Positions 12,003 through 23,865 of a stretch of DNA of 64,000 nucleotides are shown here, piece by piece. The DNA is from Chlorokybus atmophyticus. Its lineage: Eukaryota; Plantae; Mesostigma and Chlorokybus algae. The position numbers were made by a program, and so were the translations under genes. The stretch covers positions 1,002,457 to 1,066,456 of the forward strand of contig RHPI01000797.1 of the NCBI GenBank assembly GCA_009103225.1. The letters run 5' to 3'. Position 1 is the first letter of the stretch, and every line of letters starts with the position of its first letter. The notes below the pieces were generated by a model, which saw only the letters and a program-made list of their open reading frames with translations, was not told the DNA's origin and made no database searches.

Positions 12003-14831
12003 ATATCTTTGCTCCTCGGCCGGGCCCGAAACCACCGCTCCCCAAACTCCCCAAACATCAACCAAAAGACAACAACAGCAACAACAACTTGCACAACAAC
12101 TACAACCACAGCACCAGCCACAGAAGCCCAGTCCAGCATAGCGCCAAGTCCCAGCAACAACCCCAACACCAACAGCAACGCCATCCCCTTGACAGCAAGA
12201 CCGCTCGCACCCAACCCACCCCCACAACAGCCACAACAAGCAGAAGAACAAGTCAAACATCAACCTCATCATCATCATCATCATCATCATCATTAACAAC
12301 AACAGCATCATCGCGTGCGGCTTGCACGGCACCACCTCCAGCGTCCTCGATGCACACGCCGCGGACGTTCACGTTCGATGTGAGCCAGAACGCTGCGGCG
12401 CATCGAGCCGTCACGCCCACGCTGACGCTGCAGTCAGTCTCCCTCGGCAGTGCAGTTGCGGTAAGGACTGGCTTGAGTTGGTAACAGTTTCTTGGGATAC
12501 ACGCGCATATGGGCGTGTACACGCACGCACGCGCGCGCGCATGCGGAGCTGCGCGCAAGTTGTGTGTGACGTGTATGATGTGTATGATGCACACAGGTAC
12601 GTACATTGTGCGTGTACATGAACACAAGGAAACACATGTGAGCGAGCGTGCGCAGACACGCATGTACTCACGCACGCGCTCATGCACACGCACGCACACA
12701 CGCTGTGCCACCACTGCAGGACCGCATGCACATAAGGCCCTTCTTTGTGTTTTTCAATCGCTTCACTCCCGCTAACAAACTCTGCCGCCTGTTCCTTTTG
12801 CAGCACAAAGGACGAGAGAATAGAGGAGAAGAGTTGATGATGCAGAACGAGAAGCGACTTGCGGTGAGATGCGATTGTTGGGTTGGGTTGGGTTGGGCTG
12901 GATGCTCGTCAGTTGCGTGAAGTGTTTTGTGCTGATGTGTGAGGCTGGTGTTCTTTGGCTCCAGGGTGATGCAGCGTGTGAAGGTGAAGAGGAAGAGTAC
13001 AGTGGCTCAGAGGGGGAGGAGGAGGAGGATGGTGCTTACAGCGGTGACTTTGAAACTGAGGTGAGATGATGAGCTAGCTGTGTATTGTGCACAGTATATG
13101 GTTGCATGCATTGCGTCATGAGTGACATGGCGATGTGAGCAAAGGCACATGGCAATAGTCTTGTCGGTAACAGTACCGTCGATGCACTCTGCATGTCCAA
13201 AGCAGCGTTAAGGTCATCATCACTCTCATTGCAGGACTTGACCGAAGCGGCAGAAAAGATGTGCGCACAGCTCGGCAACCTCATGGTGAGCCTTTTCATA
13301 ACAACCTTGTTCGATGAGACGTTTATGACCAGCACTTGCTTTCTACACATTGCCGATGTCACCCTCGCATCCAGTGTTGTATCAGTATACCGTCAACACG
13401 ACTCGTGTGTCCCCGCATGCATCAGAGTAACAGTGAGGGCATCCAGACGGAGCACTCGGCCTCGACAATTGATGACGATGATGACGATGATTACCTGTCG
13501 CGCATACGCATGATACCGCCATCGCCGGCAACGGACCGCAGCAACCAACGCAAGCGGTGCAATTGAGAGGGGGAAGATACGTTATGGCTCCGGGTAGTAG
13601 AGAATATCTAGTAGGAAACGTAGTTGGTTTGTTGAGCAGCTCCGTCTGTACTGTAGCGCTTGAGCTGCGTGCACATAGCTTGGCTGACAGTGTTTTGTGT
13701 GGTGGGGGACAAGGAGTACGTGCACGTGTGGGTGGGTGCTTGCGTGTGCTATACATATCTGCCAGCTGGAGTCCAATGCAGAGTTGGGGGTCGCCAGGCA
13801 GGAGGACATTAGTGACAGCATTGTAAACACGGGCTGCGCATGCATCCCGTTAAAGAGGTCGTTTTGCATCATGCCATTGGTGGTGGCTTGTGGTCATTGT
13901 GTGATACTGTTTGTACACAATGCTGTATCCTATACATGCCAGCTTAAACGTGACAAGTCGGCATCTTTTACTGCTTCACCTCTACAGGAGGCTTTACCAA
14001 CGTTACCTGTCTACATATCACATACAGCATCCCCGTGTTCCTGACACACGCAGTGCGATGATGACGAAAACAGACACCGATGGTGGCGAGAGACCGCTGA
14101 GCATCATAAAGAGCACGTGGACCATTCATGTTGGTCACCAGTGATATCTCATACATCCTTTGCATGAAGCAGCATGCTCCATGCACGTGTCCCAACCAGT
14201 GCCTACTTCCACATACAGCAACGTGCACCACGCACACAACACGCAAAAACGAGTGGACAAGCAAGCTTGGGCAGAGATGCGTGGTGCGAAAGCAGAGGTC
14301 TCTCCCGTATCGGCAGAGGAGACCTCCGCACCACACAGATACACAACGATGCGTTGCGACACAATCAAGTGAGGGGAGAACTGTGCCTGTGTGTGGGTGG
14401 GGCGCGTGTGCGTGCTCGTTTGGTGTATATGATATGAACTCACTGCATACTACACATCCATCGCAGGTTGACAGGTCCAAAACACTGTGCAATGGATGGC
14501 GTGTGTGCGTGCAAGCTCGTTGTTGCCCCCACAGGGTGGCAGCACGGGTGCCACAACACCGCATCGCATAGTTTGTACGCAGACACAGGAACACACCAAC
14601 ACACTGGAGGTGCCACAAGAACAGCGAGCACAGGGGTATCTTGCTGTGCAAAGATTAACGGCGCGCTGGACTGGATTGGGGCGTGAAGTGCTGATATCAG
14701 CTAGTGTTGCTGGAGGAGGAGGGGGCAATCATTATAGACGTCATGCGCAGCAGTGTCACGATGCAGCAACACGAGTTCAGCAGTGGACCAAGCGTGCATG
14801 CACCAAGGAGCAATGCAGTATTGTTGACTGA
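11468..14831 (+). CDS. Hypothetical low-complexity multi-exon protein (S/T/Q/E-rich); 3' end uncertain
   Basis: ATG at 11468 (MEKKIRGARSAIPSAQ|gt), followed by several GT-AG-bounded open exons (..RRPAWQDVWTPPEELSD; ..EEEEYSGSEGEEEEDG..; DLTEAAEKMCAQLGNLM). No recognisable domain. Confidence 0.35.
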
Positions 14832-15155
14832 CTCGGAGTGCATGCATACCAAGCTTCTTTTGGTAGTACTGCTGCCACAAGTTGCTACCCCCAGCAAAGT
14901 AACCTTGCAATGCCTATCAGGCCTTCTCCTATCTCTCCTTCTCCTCCTCCTCCTCCGCCGCCGCCGCCGCCGCCGCTTCCTGTCTACACCTCCAACGCAG
15001 CGTCTCCAGCTAAGCGCATGCATGCCTGAGAGCACCTGCGGGCAACGGCGGCGGCGGCGGCGGCGGAGCAGGAGCAGGCGCAGGAGACGCAACAGTGGTG
15101 CTAGAGCCGGTGGTTTGAGTGTGAGTTTGGGGCAGGCGTGCCTGTTTGCCTGCGC

Positions 15156-18100
15156 ATGACGGAGGTGGGGGAGTGCGGCAAGCGGCGGGTGGTCATCCAC
15201 ATTGACGTCGACAGGTGGGGGAATGGCAAGGGAAGTAATATCTCCATGTAGTCAGCATGCGCGCAACGAGCATGCTTCAGCAATGCACGCGCCATCAAAG
15301 ACACACAAACTTGTACACCAAAACGAACACATATGAAGCACATACGCACGCGTGCATGCGCGCGGGTACATGCACATCAACTTACACAATCAATATTGTA
15401 ATTGAGCAACCCAACAGCGAAACGAACAAACAGATGCACACGCACACGCACACGCACACATGCTCTCTTGCTACCACCCACCTGCTGCCTTGTTTTGAGC
15501 ACTGTGCTGCACGTCCTGCACCAAACACTGCATGCATTCACCAAGTTGCATTGACATCAGTACACCCCCCAGCCATCCACGTCAAATTCAACCGGCCCTG
15601 TGCTGCTTCTTCAACACGTGTTGCCCCCTTCTGTACGCAATACGCTGCGCCTGTGTGCAGCTTCTTTGTTCAGGTGGAGGCGCTGAAAGACCCTTCCCTG
15701 CGCGGCATACCAGTCGCCGTCCAGCAGCACCAGGTAGAGCACAGGTCTGGCTGGTGCCATGAGGCCCGCTCTCTTGCAAGCTTCACCATTGCGTTTGCAC
15801 GCACATATGGCAGTAGTACTTTTGGCCCATGGTGGTGAACAGGTGATCAGGTAGGATGATGTGTTTTGTTCATTCGATCAGGATATCATTGCGCTCAGTT
15901 ACGAGGCGCGGCGGTTGGGGTTGACCAAGCACTGCACGCCCGCAGAAGCCCGCAGGTGAAAGCCGAGGAAAGCAACACACCATCATGTGTCAAGTACACA
16001 CATACACACATACGACACAAGCACGAGTTGTGATAACGCGCTTCTCCTCTAAGAAACCTCTTTGCAGGGCGCTTTTGCCGCTCGGCGGGCGTGTGGTTCA
16101 CGTGTACACCAAGAATGGCCGAGTCAGCTACAGGCCTTACATGGACGTCTCGCGACAACTCTTCCAGGTGACACATGCATGTGGTTGCGTGCTTCGTGGT
16201 GTGTATGCATGCGGACACGCAGGAGGTGCGCTTTCACACCCACGCGCGTGCGTACGTGCGCGCTGTCTGCGTACATATGTACGCAGACAGATGTCCAGAC
16301 ACGTGTGCACGCACGTGCACGGAGTCAGTCAATTCAATCACGCGCTCACACACGCATGCACATGGTTCATGACGGCTATACTGCGTGACCTCATGCTCGT
16401 GTCACGCACAGGTTCTGCGCCAGCACGCGGGCGCGGCGGCCACCATCGAGAAGGCCAGCATCGACGAGGCGTACATCGAGGTGTCAAACGACGCACCCCT
16501 CTACGTTGACGGTAAGAACGGACCACCCTCTTCACAGACTGTGAAACTTGCATGCATGGGAGTTCTGTAAAAAGAACGAACAGTAAGTAGTAAAGTATGC
16601 ACATAGCATACATACATAAACACCTTCTCAAAGACACACCTGAGTACACACAGTAACCGCAATGTGTCACACGAACGACCTGAAGACACACTTACACACA
16701 TCACTGACTCATCACTCATCACTCATCACTCATCACATGTATCCAAGACAGCGACGGATGATGGTGTCTACTCCACACACGCAGGTTCCAGCCTCTGCCC
16801 CCGCGTGTCCTCCGGCCTCCGCCTCGCCTCTTCCCTCCGCCGCGCGGTGCGGGAGTCCCTGGGACTCGAGGCCTCCGCGGGCGTAGCGCACAACAAGCTC
16901 GTGGCGAGGTTCGCGTCGGGGGCGGCCAAACCCGCGGGAGAGGTGCGGGCCTCACTTGCGTGCACAGATCCGCTCCACTCCCATCCCTCTCACCACCATC
17001 CCACTCCCCCCCGCAGATGTCCGTGTGCGGTCCCTCCTCCCTCTCCTCCCTCCTCTCCCTCACCCCCGCCCGTCGCCTCCCCGGTTTCGGCAGCGGTCCC
17101 CTCGCCGCCCTCCTCACCGCCTCCAACATCACCTCCGTCGCCGACCTCGCCCGCCACCTCGACAACGACGACGACGTGTTGGAGGGCGTGGGAGGGGTGG
17201 ATGTGGGGAAGGTGAGGGGGTGGTGTCGAGGGGAGTGCGACGAAGAGGTGGTGGTGAAGGGGCCGCCGGGGAGGATAGGGGTGCAGATGACGCTCACGCC
17301 CGAAGCCAGGCCGGCGCATCCGCAGCTGCTGATGGACCTACCGCCAGGTATGTACACTAACCACACCACTCTCATGCTTTGCATAGTATGCGCATGTGCG
17401 TGTGCGTGTTCTTGTCTGTTGGCTTCATGTTCCTGTTGCAGGGCGTGCGAGTGGTGCGGGTGCAGAGGCTATGCTGCAGCCGATGCGTGCCAACGAGACC
17501 GCGCGGCTGAGAAGTTTGCTACTCGACATGGCGGTACGTTCTTGCGCACACACAGTATGTTGGGTTGTGCCATGGGGAACACACCGTGTCTCTACAGGTG
17601 GATCTGGTGGAGAGGGTTGAGGAGGACGCGGAAGAGCACGCGAGGTGGCCGCAGACGCTCACGCTGACCGTACGCATCCACGGACCCAACAGCCGCCTCG
17701 GGTCACGCAGCGTCACGTTCCCGCAACGCACCGCCAACAAGGTGCGGGCATGATGTGCCAACATACTGATGCATGTGCGCACAGGCGCGCATGTATATGC
17801 ACTTGTACGCGAGCACTTACGTGCATATACATGCGTGCACCTCCACAGACGCACACTTGTGCTTGAAAGTCTACGCACGTGCGCGCTCACACACGTACGT
17901 GCACAACCTATTTGCGCGCGCATGGCCATGCCCCCACGTGCGCACAGAACCGCATGCACACAAGCGTGCACTCACACAGGCGTTCCTGCACACACAGGCG
18001 CACTCATGTACATACACGCGCATGCAAGTAGTAGTGCATGCATGCACCCTCTACACGCACGCACTCACACAGATGCACACATCGTCAAAGTCGTGCTTGG

Positions 18101-18991
18101 TTTCAGGACGGTCAGGCCCTGGCGCAGTCGATCATGCAGTCCGCTCTCGTGCAGCTGCACGCGTACGCGATGGGAGAGCCCGACGGCAAAGTCACGCAGA
18201 TCGGGCTCGTAGGCACGCGATTCGCCGCGATACAAGCGCGGTCGAGCACGCTGTCGCAGCTGTTCACGTCCATGCAGGCTAACAGCAAGGTGACGGGCAA
18301 CAATGACCACCACCACCACCACCACCACCAGAACAACAACAACGATGGCGATGACCACAATAACAGGAGTGTGGAGGCTGTCGATACCATGCACGGTGAT
18401 CGCCCTTCTGATCGAGTGCAAGTTGAACAGCAAGATCAACATCCACCACCATCACAACAACAACAACAATCGCGTTCACCTAATGTACCGCAACCGCAAC
18501 CGCAACCGCAACCGCAACCGCAACCACAGCCACACTCTCATCCCCCCAATCTGGTGGAGCCGCAAGTGGCGGCGTGCATCGAGGCATTATCCTTTGAATG
18601 GGAGCAAGACAGCGACCAGCAGCACGTAACGCTTCATTCCGAAGACAACAACACGGACGCGCTCGCCAAAGAGGACAACATGGCGCTCGTGCAATGCGGG
18701 CAACAGCCAAGCCAAGAAGAGGACCTGCCCCTAAGCAAGCCAACCAGCAACCAACACGAATCACAGAAGAAAGAGCCGACACAACAACCCAAGCGGGCAA
18801 AGGTGCTCCCAGTCCAGTTAGATGGTAGCTTGTGGCAGCAGCCTCTGCCTATGGTGGATTTGTTGAAGGGGCTGGCGAGCGGGGCGTACGGGGCGGGGGA
18901 TGTGGCGGGGCAGATGAGGCGGAGGGGGAAGGGGATCGGGAGGCAGATGGCGGTGCTGCCGCCGGAAGGGGATGGAGATACGCTACGATAG
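15156..18991 (+). CDS. Y-family translesion DNA polymerase (eta/iota-like), multi-exon
   Basis: Catalytic motifs across exons: RVVIHIDVD|SFFVQVEALKDPSLRGIPVAVQQHQ|DIIALSYEARR, SYRPY, IEKASIDEAYIEV, SAGVAHNKLVARFAS..AKP, LPGFG. Long low-complexity C-terminus. Confidence 0.9.
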
Positions 18992-20372
18992 TAGCTGGTT
19001 GGTTGTATAGTTGGTAGTTGGGTTAGGGTTAGGGTGGTAGCTGCTGCAGTTGTCGTTTAGCTTAGTGTGGTGTAGTTGTAAGTATGGGTGACGGGCATTG
19101 AGTTGAGAGCGTAGGCAGAAACGACGAAGTAAGACCGAGTTGGTTGAAGTGGAGTAGTGTGTACACAGGGCGTAGCTAGGTATGCGCGCTGATGCAACAT
19201 GCAGTGACTGACGCACGCCAGCCAGCACAAGCAGTTACCTGCCAGTTTCACTACACCCAACCATTGGACTAGTCACTAGTCACAGCATTAGCTAGCAATA
19301 GCATCACCGCCCATGCATCCTGGCAGGCATGCATATATGCATGCGATGGTTACCTGCACCACGTGCGGGTTGCAGCGTTAGCAGCGGCGATGGCGGCCAA
19401 GGAGTGTTTATACGTGACAACATGCAGTGTGCGACAGTTTCTCTGACCCCTCCTCCTGTGTACTGATTAGTTGTTGTTTATGACTAGTGTCTGGACACAA
19501 AACACACTGACAACCTATAGGAAGTTTGTTTTTTGTCATGCGCATTGTATATGATGTGATTGTGTAGTTAGTATGACATAAAGGTTGTGAATGTTTTACA
19601 GTCCTTGAGATAGTGTACTCAAGTGTATTGTCGGTTGATTGCGTAATGTTGTATAGTCGCTTAAAGCGAATTGGAAAGATCCATTAGCACATGTGTCAGC
19701 AGTGAATGCGCTTAAGCAAAAGCATAGTTTAAGTGGGAGCCAAGGCACAGTTTGTAATAAAAAATAAATAAACATGTAGATTTAGATGTGGCAGCGACAA
19801 GGCAGAGGTGCATATAGTTGCCAAGTTAACCGCCTGCACAACAGGGAGCGCAGAGGTTGTACAGAAAGTGTTGGCAGTAGTGTATTCAGTGTAAATGCGC
19901 TATTTCAATAAGATGACAGTTGTTTGGGATATACAATGTACACAGATTCACAAGCAGTATACAATCTTCAGAAGATGTCAGAGAGTAGTACACGTGCAGC
20001 AAATGTGGGAAATGTCCTATGAAGTAAAATTTTCTTGCTTGCAAAGCCTGGATTTTGAATTACATTGATAACTCAGTTTCAGAGGCGACAGAGTATACAT
20101 CCAACTTTTATAGTGGCAACAGTTTAGAGACACAAATAAGCCATAAGGCAATGAGAAAGCACAAGAGTCGGCGAATGGTGAACAAAATCTGGTTGCATGT
20201 TACAGTGAGTGACAGTGTCTATGCGTCTACCGCCAAGCAAGAGTCGCTAAGCACTACCAATGTACAGGGTGAGGATATTTGTCGGGTGACTGGGCTTGGG
20301 GCGGGTGTATCCTTGCTAGAGGATGTTGTACACTAAACTATCTTCAAAACGAAAAGTTTCTGCACAACATGT

Positions 20373-21383
20373 TTAACCGAAGAGGGGTCCGCCCTTGATG
20401 GCCTCAGTCGCCAACAGAGCAACGAAACCAAGCATGGCAGAGCGACCGTTGATGATCTCACGTCCGGGCTTGAACGCATCAGGGGCCTAACGGGAAGCAA
20501 TTCAACAGTCAATCAGTGAACTGAACTGAGAAACAGAACATGTACACGCGTTACAACGCCAAACACACATGCACAATTGGGCGGGTAGATGCATGCACGG
20601 GCGATACAGATACAGATGTGGCTGCGTGCACAAGCATGCAGCTTTCCTCTCTCTCACCTTGGCCTCGGCATCAGCATCATCCACTCCCGTCTTCGCGGGC
20701 GCCAGACTGCTCACGATGACGAGCGCCGCGACGGCGAGGAGTCCGAACTTGGCGGCGGGGTAGTCCTCGAGCTGGGCCACGATCGACTTGTGGGTGAAGA
20801 GCTCCGTCACGATCGCGATCACGAAACCGAGCATGGCGGCGCGGCCGTTGATGCGCTCGACCAGACCCTCCTGAGTCTTGATGTCGGTGGACTGGGAGTT
20901 ACCGGGCTGGAGAAAGAAACATATTGGGTTAGAAGGAACTCTCTGATACACAGATACAGATACAGGTACGATGTATCATTCTGCCTTGCCTTGGGGAAGA
21001 GGCCATCGGTGAGTGGGTTGCGGTTGTTCTTGCCGTCAGCTGGGTTGCCGGCGTACACTGTGAGTGAGCGGCGGGTGCTGATCACAGCTGGGCGGATGCT
21101 GCTGCTGGTCCTGGCGGCCAGGGGGCGGCTGCCAAGGATGCTGCTGCGAGGGGAGAGGGAGGCGGCGGGGGCAGCCACGCACACAACCTGGGTGGGGAGT
21201 TGGGTGATTAACATCGCGGTTTGACACATGAAGTAAATACACAATGTCCAAAACCAGATCATGACATGCATGCAAGCACAAATGCTTGGAATCCGCACAA
21301 TGCGATGTGTGCATGGCTTGATACGTGATACGAACAGTGTGCAGTATGGACGAGTAGCTTACCTGCTGGATAGCGGCGGCCAT
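20373..21383 (-). CDS. ELIP: Early light-induced protein (ELIP/CBR, LHC-like), 4 exons
   Basis: Transit-peptide-like N-terminus; two chlorophyll-binding motifs, ERINGRAAMLGF and EIINGRSAMLGF, with an intervening hydrophobic helix. Confidence 0.9.
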
Positions 21384-21558
21384 GTTGAACAGGTGAAGTA
21401 GCTAAAACGAAGAAAGAGAGAGAGAGAGAGCGAGAGCTAGGAATGCGAATGAGCGTGAGAGACACTGCACACTATACACACACTGATGATGTAATGAGGC
21501 AACTTGCATGCATTATATACGCTGGCCACGGGTGGCCCTTTCTCCGGTCCGTGTCAGA

Positions 21559-21787
21559 CACGTGTTTATGACATCTTGATCTACAAACAATGTTACCTAG
21601 TCACACACTCTTCCAATTTGAATCTGCACGTCGCTCAATCCGCTTGCGCAAGGCAAGCAAGCAGCAAACCGCCGATATCGGTGACTTAGCCACTCTGCTG
21701 CTCGCAGGCACCAGGGTGCAAATGCATCGATATCGGGCGGCTTGGCGTCTGTATCGCCAATCTCTCAAGTCATGACGGTGACGTGGC
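21559..21787. promoter_or_regulatory. G-box/ABRE-like motifs upstream of ELIP
   Basis: CACGTG at 21559-21564 and TGACGTGGC at 21779-21787, ~180-400 bp upstream of the ELIP ATG. Short motifs that can occur by chance. Confidence 0.3.
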
Positions 21788-21919
21788 GCGCCACCGTGGC
21801 GGATAATGGCCGATGGCGCCGCTTCGGCGCGCGATGATGTGGACAAGGGGGACAGATCTGCGTGTGACATGCTTGTAGCCGCAATCTCTGCTAGTGGTCT
21901 CGGCGCTTTGTAGGCATGA

Positions 21920-21958
21920 CTGGGGTAAAGGCCCTTAAATTAAGGGCCTTTACCCCAG
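21920..21958. repeat. Perfect inverted repeat (18-bp arms, 3-nt loop)
   Basis: CTGGGGTAAAGGCCCTTA-AAT-TAAGGGCCTTTACCCCAG. Confidence 0.9.
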
Positions 21959-23722
21959 GGTCTGACAGCGAGGGCCCTCATTTACCGATGGCCTTTCAAG
22001 AGGCGTTTCATAAGGTGTCTGACACATAATTGAAACTCATGTTGCTGCCAGAATTGTTGTCAGTGCACAATCGGTTTAGTGAACAATCTGATATTATTCA
22101 TTCATTCAACACCCAAGACACTGACGTTATCATTGTCTTCTTATGATAAATACAAGTGCAAAGACAGTTCGAATAGTCAAATCCGTGTTACCGAAAGATG
22201 GCGAATGAAGTGTCTGTGATGTATACATTCATAGCATCAACAATGAAGAGCAGTTAAAGGGCTATACGAGAAAATGAAGCTTTATTTGTTGATTGATTCT
22301 TGAACAATTGTGCAATTTTAAGATTATATCAAATCCAATGCATTCGACTCGTTGTACCATCATCCAATGTGCATACGTATGTAATGTATTAAAATATATC
22401 AATTGAGTTATACTAATTAAGAGTGTATTGCTTAATAATAAACTTTCTAGCACATTGCATCACTATAAGCTACACTTCAAGTTGTTTCACGCATTACTCA
22501 TATTCCAATAAGCTCGAAGAGTATTTATACGAATGTTAATAGTCGTCTTTATTTATTAAAGAATGAAGAACGCATGTGCTTGTCTCAAAAACATTCTCGT
22601 TCGTATGGGAAAAACAAGTTCTACTATACTCTTATGTCATAAGTTTTTCAAAATTCACTACAATAACAACAGATGGTAACTATTGGTAGCACGCTCAGCT
22701 TTACAGCTAGCTAAGTGTGGCTCTGCATCCGTTGAGTATATAATAGACCATGCACTTGGATATACTGTTTTGATTGTGTTATAACATCAGCAATTTGTGC
22801 ATTTGCATTGCTGTAGGTGTTCATTTACTGGAAAAAAATAAATTAATTGTATTGCATGTAAGCAACCGTTATCTGAGACATAATTGCGTTGCAACACAGC
22901 TAAATGTGTCATGCAATTAAGGTTGCATGCTTGTCACAGGCTTTCAAAGTGCACATCAGTAATTCAATCGGGCGCCGTGCACCAACAAGCTTAAAACTTA
23001 GCACCACCATAGCCGCGTGTCTCGTGTGTGGAATTGCACAACGCTGGGAGCACACTGGTTGATGAGGGCTCGCTATAATGTATCACAGCACATGCAAGCT
23101 TAAACCATTTACAGGGGGGCTTACGTTTCGTAGTAGACGTGCGCCAAACGAGGCATAGTTTTTTTATTTGAGCTTGCAAGCGCACAATCGCACAAAACAA
23201 GCTGAGTTGTGTGTTTGTCGATTACTTTCCGACATATTGACTTTGGAGACAGCTTTGAAATCATGCAAGATTATGTTAAATATATTAATGCAGCTTTCGA
23301 TCAACCACATTCAGCGGTAATTAAAACATTGTATAAATGCTGCTGGTAGACAACAATAAAGTGCAATAAACAGTTGTGCTCAACTTGACCATGGTTGGCG
23401 CGGATAGTAATGTTATACAGCGTGCACACGACTCACGTTTCATTACTTGACATGAAATGTGTTCTACAATGATATGAAAACAACTTCTATGTGGCTTGCT
23501 TCAAAAAGTGAAATGTGAAGACTTTTATAATGTTGTTAAGCATATCTGAATACCCTATCATACTTGTACAAAAGGAGTTGTGCATGGGTTGTAAAATAAT
23601 GTTATTTGCGATTGATGTTAAACAGGTTGAACGGGAGTGGCTGGTGTACTTTGTCTTCATTCAGCCACAATTCAATTTGTGTGACGTCATTGTTTATGCA
23701 GCTAATTTGGCGACATATTAAT

Positions 23723-23751
23723 GTAATAATGTGACGACGCTTACATATATG

Positions 23752-23797
<46 letters not shown>

Positions 23798-23865
23798 ATG
23801 TATATGTGTATATATATATACATATATATATATACATATATATATGTTTGTCGTCACATTATTAC
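23723..23865. repeat. TA/TG microsatellite enclosed by 16-bp perfect inverted repeats
   Basis: GTAATAATGTGACGAC (23723-23738) and GTCGTCACATTATTAC (23850-23865) flank (TA)n/(TG)n runs. Confidence 0.8.

Noticed and set aside
8400-18100. Many H/T/A/C/V/R-rich ORFs in the track
   Set aside because: Translations of intronic (CA)n/(GCAC)n repeats or antisense shadows of real exons.
19020-19034. TTAGGG twice as an interstitial telomere
   Set aside because: Only two units within a simple-sequence 3' region.
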